64,000 bases of DNA from Macrostomum lignano (taxonomy: Eukaryota), in assembly GCA_002269645.1 (NCBI GenBank), contig NIVC01003406.1, positions 12,747-76,746 of the forward strand, read 5' to 3'. The number at the start of each line of letters is the position of its first letter. Position 1 is the stretch's first letter. The position numbers were made by a program, and so were the translations under genes. A model generated the notes under the pieces. It saw only the letters and a list, made by a program, of their open reading frames with translations, was not told the DNA's origin and searched no databases. This document shows, one piece after another, positions 1-11,700 of this stretch.

Positions 1-240
1 AGGTTATTTTAGTTAGTTTTGCCCCGTCTTGGTCTGTTTAGTCCAGTTAAAGTAAAGTTTAGATCAGTTTATGTTAGTGTAAGTAAGTTTAGGTCAGTTT
101 ATGTCAGCTTAAGTAATTTTAGGTATTTTAAGTCAGTTTTGGTCAGTTTAGGTTATTTTAGGTCAGTTAAGGTCAGTTAAAGTCAGTTTAGGTCAGTTAA
201 GTCAGTTTAGGTCAGTTTAGGTCGTTTTAGGTCAGTTTAT
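1..240. repeat. Degenerate ~10-bp tandem repeat (GGTCAGTTTA) in a tetraspanin intron
   Basis: Direct reading. Confidence 0.85.
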
Positions 241-267
241 AGTCAATTTCACGGTAGCGACACCCAC

Positions 268-2920
268 TGAAAGTGAAGGTCCTGTTGTTCTTGTCCGTCA
301 ATGTGTAACTCCGGTTCCAGTTGGGGCTGCCAACGTGAAAGTCTGTGCCGTTGTCAACGCCGCAGCAGCCGAACATGGCCTGCACCATGCTCAGGCTGGC
401 CGAATCCACGTCATCGCCGCGGTCGCCTTTGAATTTGGAGACCTGGACTTGCAGTGAGTCTCTGGTGCCCTGCTTGAACTGGAGCGGTTTGGGGTGGGGG
501 TTGAACTGGAGTGGTTTGGGGGGTTGAACTGGAGTGGTTTGGGGTGGGGGTTGAACTGGAGTGGTTTGGGGGGTTGAACTGGAGTGGTTTGGGGGGTTGA
601 ACTGGAGTGGTTTGGGGGGTTGAACTGAAGTGGTTTGGGGGGTTGAACTGGAGCGGTTTGGGTGGGGTTGAACTGGAGTGGTTTGGGGGTTGAACTGGAG
701 CGGTTTGGGGGGTTGAACTGGAGTGGTTTGGGTGGGGTTGAACTGGAGTGGTTTGGGGGGTTGAACTGGAGCGGTTTGGGGTGGGGGTTGAACTGGAGCG
801 GTTTGGGGGGTTGAACTGGAGTGGTTTGGGGGGTTGAACTGGAGTGGTTTGGGGTGGGGGTTGAACTGGAGCGGTATGGGGGGGGTTGAACTGGAGCGGT
901 TTGGGGTGGGGGTTGAACTGGAGCGGTTTGGGGTGGGGGGTTGAACTGGAGCGGTTTGGGGGGTTGAGCTAGAGCGGTTTGGGGGGGGGTTGAACTGGAG
1001 CGTTTTGGGGTGGGGGTTGAACTGGAGCGGTTTGGGGTGGGGGGTTGAACTGGAGCGTTTTGGGGTGGGGGGTTGAACTGGAGCGGTTTGGGAGTTGAAC
1101 TGGAGTGGTTTGGGGGGTTGAGCTGGAAGGGTTTGGGTGGGAGTTGAACTGGAGTGGTTTGTCGTGGGGATAATTGGATAATGAAAATACGAATACGAGC
1201 TATAATGCCTCACAATGTTGGAGTTGACGAACCACATGATTATGACGACAACTTGTCCCAGAAATAGCAGACTGACGCACACGACGTACTGATTAGATTG
1301 AAAAGTGAAAAATGCATTAATTTTGATGCTGCTGTTACTAAAACTTTGACTTATCTACTGCATGCAATTATCAATGTAATGGAGTTCCATACACTGAAAA
1401 TGGTTTGTCTATCTAGTATCTATAGGTAGGTATCTATCTAGTTATGTGTGTAGGTACCTGGTCTCTAACTACGAGTAAGAGCTGATTTTCAGAAAATTAT
1501 AGCAAAATTTAAACTACTCCCATTTCGGCTGAACCAATCCAGCTAGACTAAGAGCTACTTCCGGTTCCCACTTCTGGCAATCCAGCCAGACTAACAGCTA
1601 CTTCCGGTTCCCACTTCTGGCAATCCAGCCAGACTAACAGCTACTTCCGGTTCCCGCTTCTCGCAATCCAGCCAGACTAACAGCTACTTCCGGTTCCCAC
1701 TTCTGGCAATCCAGCCAGACTAACAGCTACTTCCGGTTCCCGCTTCTCGCAATCCAGCCAGACTAACAGCTACTTCCGGTTCCCACTTCTGGCAATCCAG
1801 CCAGACTAACAGCTACTTCCGGTTCCCACTTCTGGCAATCCAGCTAGACTAAGAGCTACTTCCGGTTCCTGCTTCTGGCAATCCATCCAGACTAACAGCT
1901 ACTTCCGGTTCCCACTTCTGGCAATCAAGCCAAGCTAAGAGCTACTTCCGGTTCCCGTTTCTGGCAATCCAGCCAGACTAACAGCTACTTCCGGTTCCCA
2001 CTTCTGGCAATCCAGCCAGACTAACAGCTACTTCCGGTTCCCACTTCTGGCAATCAAGCCAGGCTAAGAGCTACTTCCGGTTCCCGCTTCCGGCAATCCA
2101 TCTAGACTAAGAGCTACTTCCGGTTCCGGTTCCCGCAATCCAGAAAGACTTGAAGATAAAGAAGAATTTTCTTCAAGCTACTTCTTGTTTTGGATGAATA
2201 AGTTTGTCTACACGTAGAGAAAAGCGCAAACTTCAATCAATTTCAGGTCTGCTTCAAACATCCCAAATAATGGCACACATCCGCAGGCTCTTACAATGAT
2301 GAGGCAGGCGGGGACGCCGATGCAGGCTCCGAAGCAGCCGATGCAGCTCACAATAACGATGACGATCCCCAGCCCGATGAGAACGCCAGCCATGGAGCCG
2401 GACAGGACAGACAGACTCGAATAATAGTTGCTAACGTTGACGTGGCTGCCGAACATCGAGACTGTCTGGTTGCCACCGTCGGAAGCAGCCGTTGAGGACA
2501 TCGACTGGATCAGGGATGACCCCACCAGCAGCAGGATGCCTAGGATGCTGAACAGCACTCCGAATATCTACAGGGGAAGATTCGGAGTGGCGCTGACCCT
2601 GACACCCTCATTGGCGCCGATCCTGACGCCCTCACTGGCGCTGATCCTGACACCCTCACTGGCGCTGATCCTGACACCCTCACTGGCGCTGATCCTGACA
2701 CCCTCATTGGCGCGGCACTAATTCTGACACCCACTCTAATGCCTATCAGCTCAATTTCTAAATCAACAGAACTAACATGTCATCAGTCTGTGAGGCTCAT
2801 AATTTACAATTACATTTAGATCAACCCCCTCAGGCCACTCACAATGCTGATAATGTTAACGAACACAATAAACACGCAGCAAAGAACTCTACAGCAGGCC
2901 AGAGGTCCGTCGGAAGCCAT
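268..2920 (-). CDS. Tetraspanin, partial (3' exons lie beyond the window start). Exons 2920-2843, 2567-2295, 1288-1214, 478-~268
   Basis: Exons join in phase 0 with GT/AG ends. TM1 VLCCVFIVFVNIISI, TM2 GVLIGLGIVIVIVSCIGCFGA, TM3 YVVCVSLLFLGQVVVIIMWF, and the EC2 CCG signature (QAMFGCCGVDNGTDF). The last donor (268 or 264) and the 478 vs 469 acceptor are uncertain. Confidence 0.88.
479..1160. repeat. 21-26-bp G-rich minisatellite (GGGGTTGAACTGGAGYGGTTT) filling tetraspanin intron 3
   Basis: Direct reading. The copy nearest 479 supplies the splice acceptor. Confidence 0.95.
1540..2140. repeat. 43-bp minisatellite (CCAGACTAACAGCTACTTCCGGTTCCCACTTCTGGCAATCCAG) in tetraspanin intron 2
   Basis: About 14 copies, period 43 measured directly. 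Confidence 0.95.
2588..2715. repeat. 24-bp repeat (GGCGCTGATCCTGACACCCTCACT) in tetraspanin intron 1
   Basis: Direct reading. It shares the core GGCGCTGATCCTGACACC with the array at 3320-3520. Confidence 0.9.
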
Positions 2921-3319
2921 GTTTGCTTCTAGTTGCTTTTTTGCTGATTTCCTGATAATTTGCTTATAGAATGCTTGAGATTTGCAAGCGCAAACTGAGA
3001 GAGAAATACAAACTATTGTCAAAACAATAAGCCGAGTTCCTGACAGGCGGGTGGAAAAGAGCGTCAGAGACTAACTTAGAACTTGGCCAGAAAATGCAGG
3101 CCTTTTTGGATCGAATTTGCGAGCTAGAAATAGAAAGGAAAGAAAAAACACACAAAACCAAGCTGGGGTGGGTCTGGCCAGACCCCGAGACCGGGGGACC
3201 TCCGAGTCACCCTGGACTGGAAGCCAACAGATCCAATCTGCCCACAAAAAAACTTTCTAGATTTCTGCAGTCTCTTGTAGCTGCGATTAGTTTCCTTTTT
3301 CTACACCCACCCACCCACC

Positions 3320-3520
3320 ACTTGTATTGGCGCTGATCCTGACACCCACCGCTTGTATTGGCGCTGATCCTGACACTCACCGCTTGTATTGGCGCTGATC
3401 CTGACACCCACCGCTTGAATTGGCGCTGATCCTGACACCCACCGCTTGTATTGGCGCTGATCCTGACACCCACCGCTTGTATTGGCGCTGATCCTGACAC
3501 CCACCGCTTGTATTGGCGCT
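3320..3520. repeat. 30-bp repeat (GTATTGGCGCTGATCCTGACACCCACCGCT) upstream of the tetraspanin start
   Basis: Direct reading. Confidence 0.9.
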
Positions 3521-4365
3521 GAGTTCGTCGATTTCTTGTCATTTATAACAAACTGATTTTGTATTCCTAGATTTTCATATCAAAATTATCGAGCAATCAT
3601 TGAACAAGCCAGTCCAGCAGATTCACAAAGGTCCCTGCCAGCCCCCGAGCACTACACTTAGCACGACTTGCGCACGCACAGAGCCAAGTTATGCCAGCAG
3701 TGTCTGCGCCCCCCCCCCCCCTGGATCCGAGGTCACCGGACCAGAATGAGGGAGAGAGGCGGGGCAGAGAGGACTATAATAGAGATCTGAGTACACTGCT
3801 CTCATTCGGACAGTAAAAAACCCTCAGCTCACTTAGACGTCTCTCTTCTTCGAAGAAAAAAATAGTTGAGTCTCCAGCGCAGCTAAGAACGATGGATGGA
3901 CCGACAATGCAGAGGACTGCAGACTTGCACACTCCATGCCGCAAGAGGGAGACCAAAGAGAGATAGTTGCAGGGTAGAAAAGCAATTGAGCCATGCGCTG
4001 CACTAATGGACTGTACAGCAGTTTTGGTAGCTTGAATGCTTGTTTAAACCTGCATAAAACAGCCGAGGCTCGTGTTTGGTGCGAGATCGGATTGCGGTTA
4101 AACCACTGGGAGCGGGAGAGCTGGTTAACGAGTGAGCTCACAGCCTCTGAAAACTGCTGTGGTTGTCAACTTACAGTAAAGTGAAACTGAACTTGTAGCA
4201 TGCCAGCTTTATTACTTAATTATTCAGCTATAAACACCTTGGCGCTACTTTTTTAGCATTTTGGCATTTGGTCTGTGCGTTCGTTTCATTATCATATTTT
4301 AACCAGTTGCCATGGTAACCTCCACACCGTCTGTCTTTCTTAGAAAACATTTAGCTAACTGCGAG

Positions 4366-4680
4366 TGATTACACAATGGACATTGAAGAATGTGTCTGCC
4401 AATGGTTGATTACACAATGGACATTGAAGAATGTCTGCCAATAGCTGCTTACACAATGGACATTGAAGAATGTCTGCCAATGGCTGATTACAAAATGGAC
4501 ATTGAAGAATGTCTGCCAATGGCTGATTACACAATGGACATTGAAGAATGTGCCTGCCAATAGCTGATTACACAATGGACATTGAAGAATGTGTCTGCCA
4601 ATGGCTGATTACACAATAGACATTGAAGAATGTCTGCAAATGGCTGATTACACAATGGACATTGAAGAATGTGCCTGCCA
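4366..4680. repeat. ~39-41-bp minisatellite (GATTACACAATGGACATTGAAGAATGTCTGCCAATGGCT)
   Basis: Direct reading, about 8 copies. Confidence 0.92.
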
Positions 4681-5849
4681 GTTTCGGATTATGCAATGCA
4701 GATTCAACAATGCATTTTTCTCTACATCAATTTCCATCTAACTTTAACGAAACGAAGGTAGGTATTTGATACCAGATAAAATATAATATAATAAAGTTTA
4801 TAATGTGGGCCAAACACAAAATGGCATACACATACATTATATTAACAAAGGCATGTATAATTGCTATAATTTATGAATGAATCAACAGACTGCACTTAAC
4901 TATAAACAAGAAGAATAGTATACATTTATAAGCCTTGATATTGACAAGGCAAAAGCGCAACGACAATGGCAAACACTGACTCATCAAGTACACCGAAGGT
5001 AATAGATATCAACAAGAAAGTCCATTCAGCATTAAATTAAATATAATAAAGTCTTGTGTATAGTACTGCTCTTAATCTACGAGTAGACTGAGCGCGTGTT
5101 GCCGGATAAATTAGTAAAATTTGTTTGCCACAACTAACACCAGCGAACCGACTATCACGCTTGAGGAACTGTAATTTCTTGAAGTAAAAATTTGTCCTGC
5201 AATATGCGCATCAGTTACTAAAATAAAGAGTAGTATTTATGGCCAGCACATGGAGTAGCAAAGCTTGCTGATAACCAGAATCAGTAGACAGGCAGACATG
5301 TCTTTAAAAGCATTCAATTCGATAAATTTTCACCCAACCGGACAGGAAAAGCGATAGACAAGAAAGCGTTAACGATTTTCACAAATTATATTAGTGTTCG
5401 CGTTCAAACTACTGTTTCAATCAGTAGTTAAAAAGGACGCAATTACTGTATATAAAAGTCCGTGGCCAAGCAAAGCAATTTGGAGGAAATACTTGTGGAA
5501 AAGAGTTGGGGCGGCTTCAGAAACGCGAGCGAAGCGATAAATATTGCCAACTGTATCCATGAAGTACATAGCAGAGATTAGAGTAACTGGAAATGCCACT
5601 CGCCGAAGTGCGCTCATCTACTCTTTTTTCTGTAGCGAAATTAGCCCCTGGCTTTCTATAAGCAGACCTATTAAACTAATCCTGCTTTACCGACTCCAGA
5701 CTGCCTCAGACTAATATTGCAGAAAAAATTGAAAAAACCAAATACAGTGCGTGTGCATAGCAAGTAAGACAGAAAAGGGATGGCGCTCCCAGCCCCCAGC
5801 CAGGCCGATAAACAGTTACGAGTAGGCTTTCTCTAGCCCGCTTGTGCGC

Positions 5850-6525
5850 ACTGCTCTCTGATTGGCTGAGCTAGATTGGGCCTGGAATGAGTTTCGTCCG
5901 TCTTTCTCTCGACCTATCTTCTTACTGCTCTCTCATTGGCTGAGCTAGATTGGGCCTTGAATGAGTTTTGTCCGTCTTTCTCTGACCTCTCTTTTTACTG
6001 CTCTCTCATTGGCTGAGCTAGATTGGGCCTGGAATGAGTTTCGTCCGTCTTTCTCTTGACCTATCTTCTTACTGTTCTCTCATTGGCTGAGCTAGATTGG
6101 GCCTTGAATGAGTTTCGTCCGTCTTTCTCTGACCTCTCTTTTTACTGCTCTCTCATTGGCTGAGCTAGATTAGGCCTGGAATGAGTTTCGTCCGTCTTTC
6201 TCTTACCTCTCTTTTTACTGCTCTCTCATTGGCTGAGCTAGATTGGGCCTTGACTGAGTTTCGTCCGTCTTTCTCTTGACCTATCTTCTTACTGCTCTCT
6301 CATTGGCTGAGCTAGATTGGGCCTTGAATGAGTTTCGTCCGTCTTTCTCTGACCTCTATTTTTACTGCTCTCTCATTGGCTGAGCTAGATTAGGCCTGGA
6401 ATGAGTTTCGTCCGTCTTTTTCTTACCTCTCTTTTTACTGCTCTCTCATTGGCTGAGCTAGATTGGGCCTTGAATGAGTTTCGTCCGTCTTTCTCTGACC
6501 TCTCTCCTTAACTCATTGGCTGAGT
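5850..6525. repeat. 73-74-bp minisatellite with two ATTGG (CCAAT) motifs per unit
   Basis: Direct reading, about 9 copies. Confidence 0.92.
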
Positions 6526-7229
6526 TTCGTTCGTCTTGCGCTCACTTGTGTACATCGAGTTAAAAACGCTTTTTGTTTATTCCTTACCCAATGAGGCCGC
6601 AAACCCAGAGGAAGGAAAAGAAATATTAGTTGCCCCATTAAATTAAGTGACACTGCGCAGACAAGCTACTGATAAAGTTTTTTTTTCTAAAAGATTATCC
6701 AGGGACATATCTAGTTATTCTAGCATCGTTGATACATACTAAACAGGAATTCCATGACAGTAGGCAAAGCAGTCAACGCATATATAAGATATCCTATATA
6801 TTCAACTTTATATATACATTTCTAATCTTAAAACAGCAGGTTCAGCTAATTAAGAAGACCCTGTATAACAAAAATACTGCCCTCTACAAAATAAGATATA
6901 ATAAACACTGGCGCATATCGAACAGTACATAAAATATAAATTTAAAAAATCAAAAGATACATGAATTTCATACAGTGTATGGGTGGCGGTTAAAAGGGAA
7001 CAATATGGGATAAATTTGGCAACACTGCGGCGCTGTGGGTTCTCTGATGCCCCCCTCCCGGCGCCAGGCTGGGGAACTGGGGTGAGAGTCTGGCTGGGCA
7101 AAGCAGACAGATGGAGAGATTGACAGACACTGGCAGGCAAGTTAGTTGAGCTGGCGAGAATTGCAGTTTTATAGAGGGGCCGCGAATGAGATAAATTTTT
7201 TGGACACGGATAGAGACGCGGGTGAGATC

Positions 7230-7490
7230 AAGGGGTAGAGGTAGGGGGTAGATGTAGAGGGGTACAGATAGAAGGGTAGAGATAGAGGGGTAGAGATAGA
7301 GTAGAAGTATAGGGATAAAGATAAAAGGGTAGAGGTAGAGGGGCAGAGGTAGAGGGTAGAGGTAGAGGGGTAGAGATAGAGGGGTAGAGATAGAGGGGTA
7401 GAGATAGAGGGGTAGAGATAGAGGGGTAGAGGTAGAGGGGTAGAGGTAGAGGGATAAAGATAGAAGGGTCGAGGTAGAGGGAAAATGAAA
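7230..7490. repeat. Purine-rich low-complexity repeat (GGTAGAGATAGAGG-like)
   Basis: Direct reading. Confidence 0.85.
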
Positions 7491-8059
7491 TAGAGGTGAG
7501 ATGCGCTGTGAGACGTGGGGAATGAAAGGGCCAATCCGACTACTCAACAAAAAAGCAGTAGAAAATGAGAGGAAAAATGGAGCCCTATTGAATTATAAAA
7601 CAGATGCAACATGAAACAACAAGCGAGTCCGAATACAATCAGTAAGCAGTTAGCTGCGCAGAGAATCATTGGATTCGCGATGGAAGTGAAAAGCAAACGC
7701 ATAAGAAAACAATTCAACAACAAAGAAAGCGAGGAAATGACAGATACATCGGCTAATAGTAGATATAAATTATCAACAAAATAAGGGCAGGCGCTGGCCC
7801 GGCAGGCTTGTAAACCTGGGAGACGGCGCTGGGTGGTCCTGCCTAATTAATATAGCTCGTAATTGTAAAAAAATACACACCCAACTACTTATACTTTTAG
7901 TAGTGCACATGGGCTTTGAGATACTGAAAAATGTTGAATTTATACGCACAGACACACTGATATGCCTTCAGTTCTGATGGCCTAAGATCCCAACATTGTA
8001 AATGTGAGCAATGAATTAAAAAACTGCAAGTATTTTAATCCCTAATTGGAATGACGTCA

Positions 8060-8545
8060 TCTGATCCCCGTTCCAAAAGATTTTGGGATTTTCTGATCCC
8101 CATTCTGAGAGGGACTTAGGGATCCTGATTCCCATTCTGGAAGGGATTTAGGGATTCTGATCCCCATTCTGGAAGGGATTTAGGGATTCTGATCTCCATT
8201 CTAAGAGGGATTTAACGATCCTGATCCCCATTCTGAGAGGGATTTAACGATCCTGATCCCCATTCTGAGAGGGATTTAGGGATCCTGATCCCCATTCTGG
8301 AAGGGAATTGGGGATACTGGTCTCCATTCTGAGAGGGATTTCTAGGGATTTTACCCCCATTATGAGAGGAATTTAGGGATTTTGATCCCCATTCTGAGAG
8401 GGATTTAGGGATTCTGATCCCCATTCTGGAAGAGATTTAGGGATTATGATCCCCATTCTGGAAGGGATTTAGGGATTATGATCCCCATTATGAGAGGAAT
8501 TTAGGGATTTTGATCCCCATTCTGAGAGGGATTTAGGGATACCGG
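8060..8545. repeat. ~32-bp minisatellite (GATCCCCATTCTGAGAGGGATTTAGGGATTCT) 3' of the nuclear receptor
   Basis: Direct reading. Confidence 0.9.
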
Positions 8546-8737
8546 CCCTCATTCCAAGGGATTACTCCGATAAGGCAACCTGATCCCCACACCGAGACTT
8601 GAGGATTTCCAGGGCGTTCCTCTCAGTTAGAAATCCCAGACCCTGTAAAACTAAAGGCAATAAACATGCAGCCATAAGCCGTGAAGTGTCGCGCGGGCGA
8701 GCCAAAGCCATCTATGATGGGGAATGAGTCGGGCATC

Positions 8738-11700
8738 TTAGAACTGGCCACCTCCACCTTTCTTGCCGTCGTGTCCCTCCTGCATGTCCAGCAGCTCGGC
8801 CATCAGCGGTCGGACAACCCGCGGATCGGTCAGGGCGGCGAGATCGCTGAAATCCTTCTCCAGATTGCGCAGCTCGGCCAGCTGAGTGAGCAGTTGGGGA
8901 TAAATCTTGCGAGCCTCCTGGCCTGGCAGCCGAGTCCTGAGCAGCCGGTCCAGCACCAGCGAGTAGCGAACCTGCGCCTCCTCGGCCGAGTCGCGGCCCT
9001 CTGGCGTCAGGCCGGGCCGGTCGGCGCTGAACAGGCAGACTACTAGCAGTAGGATGAGGGTGGCGCGGTCGCACTGCAGATTGACGCGAAGGGAGCGGGC
9101 CAGCTGAAGGAAGGCGTAGCCGCTGGAGCCGGCGGCTTTGAGAAAATCGCCGCCCTCCATTGAGTCCTGCGAGTGTTTCAGGAGTGGGATTTTTTATTAC
9201 GGGATCAACAGCTGAGTGGGGAAAAATGGGATTTAGGTTAAAGGGGATCAACAGCTGAGTGGGGAAGAATGGAATTTAGGTTAAAGGGGATCAACAGCTG
9301 AGTGGGGAAGAATGAAATTTAGGTTAAATGGGATCAACAGCTGAGTGGGGAGAAATGGGGTAAGTGAACGCGGCCAATAACCAGAACAGGAGAAATCTTA
9401 GGGGGATCAAAACTGAAATAAATTGATATGGGATATTTAGGACTTTTAAATTGCGTGATAAAAATTCATACTAAAATATACATGACATTTTCAGGCCGAT
9501 GCCATGTGATAAATCTCAATAAAAAGGGGATTTTTTGGAATCAGGGTTAGCCAGGCGGGTCAATGGGGTCACCTGCTCCGCTGACTCAACATCGCCTGAG
9601 TCAAGGAAGCGCGCCCGTTCCGGGTCGAAGCTGATGACGCCGCGCAGCAGGATGAGCTCCAGAGCGCCGCCCTTCATCAGCGCCACCCGATCCGGCGGGC
9701 TGAGCCGCAGGAACTCCGGCAGCTGCTTGCACAGCTCGATAACTCGAACCACCGACAGCTCGGCAAAGTTGATCAGATCGTCAAAGCTGACGGCTCGCTG
9801 GCCCTGGCGCTCTGGCAGCTTCACAGCCTCGGAGGCGGCGTACGCGTCCAGGATGAACTTCACGTCCTGCAGCTCGGCGTCAGAGAGCAGCTCCCGGTCC
9901 GCCAGGTCAGCCGGGGTCAGGTCCTTGGGCAGCAGCTGCAGCGACTCCAGGGTGCGGATTAGCCTGCGATATGGGGGGACGCAATAAATTATGATAACCA
10001 GTAACCAGGCTGGCTGGTGCATCACGGATTGTGAAAGTTGGATCTCGACTGTGAAGATAGGAGGTCGTGAAAGCTTGCGATCGTGAATATTGGGTGGGGA
10101 TCGTGAAGATTGGGTAGGGATCGTGAAGTTTGCTTGGGGATCGTGAAGATTGGGTGGGGATCTTAAAGATTTGGTGTGGATCTTAAAGATTGGGTGGGGA
10201 TCGTGAAGATTGGGTAGGGATCGTAAAGATTGGGTGGGGATCGTGAAGATTTGGTGGGGATCGTGAAGATTGGGTGGGGATCGTGAAGATTGGGTAGGGA
10301 TCGTGAAGATTGGGTGGGGATCGTGAAGATTGGGTGGGGATCGTGAAGATTGGGTGGGGATCGTGAAGATTGGGTGGGGATCGTGAAGATTGGGTAGGGA
10401 TCGTGAAGATTGGGTGTGGATCGTGAAGATTGGGTGGGGATCGTGAAGATTGGGTGGGGATCGTGAAGATTTGGTGGGGATCTTAAAGATTGGGAGGGGA
10501 TCGTGAAGATTGGGTGGGGATCTTAAAGATTTGGTGGGGATCTTAAAGATTGGGAGGGGATCGTGAAGATTGGGTAGGGATCGTGAAGATTGGGTGGGGA
10601 TCTTAAAGATTTGGTGGGGATCTTAAAGATTGGGAGGGGATCGTGAAGATTGGGTGGGGATCGTGAAGATTGGGTGGGGATCGTGAAGATTGGGTGGGGA
10701 TCGTGAAGATTGGGTGGGGATCGTGAAGATTGGGTGGGGATCGTGAAGATTGGGTAGGGATCGTAAAGATTGGGTGGGGATCGTGAAGATTGGGTGGGGT
10801 CGTGAAGATTGGGTGGGTTCGTGAAGATTGGGTGGGGATCGTGAAGATTGGGTGGGGATCGTGAAGATTGGGTAGGGATCGTAAAGATTGGGTGGGGATC
10901 GTGAAGATTGGGTGGGGTCGTGAAGATTGGGTGGGGGTCGTGAAGATTAGATGGGGATAATATAGCATTGAGATCAGTGAGTAAATTGTAAAATAAAACT
11001 AAAAAAACAGCTGGCTATACTCCCATAAGCATAAATTGGAACAGCAAAGCTTTGAACTTATAAAAGTACATTCTTACAAATTTGCGCCCTTCTACAAAAG
11101 CTAATGTACTATTAACACCGAGTGTCAGTCTGATGCAATGCATTTTGCGTACCATCAATCAACAAAAATGATATTTTTGATAAATGCGGAAATCTTCGTC
11201 AACTGTAGCGTCATCTGAACCGGCATTAAACGAAACGCAAGCACCAGAATCGAAAATTTGAAAAAGACTCCCTGCTCGCCTGCCCCCGCTCTATTAACTG
11301 CCGTCCGATTATGAGGGCAAAAAACACAGGAAAAAATCAACATCCTTAGCCAAACTGGCACTCTCTTTCTAGTGCGTCGTGGAAATGTAAGATTCTAAAA
11401 GTACTTCCAAAACTGCATGCTTGCAGATACGAGCGTGCCCAGAACAAACATTAAAATTGGGAGATCTGAAAATCCTTAACAGTGTGCTTCGGATCGAAGC
11501 TGCAAACCGAATCTGAGCCCTGAAGTCCCGAATCTGAGCCCTGAAGTCCCGAATCTGAGCCATGAAGTCCCGAATCTGAGCCCTGAAGTCCCGAATCTGA
11601 GCCCTGAAGTCCCGAATCTGAGCCCTGAAGTCCCGAATCTGAGCCATGAAGTCCCAAATCTGAGCCCTGAAGTCCCGAATCTGAGCCCTGAAGTCCCGAA

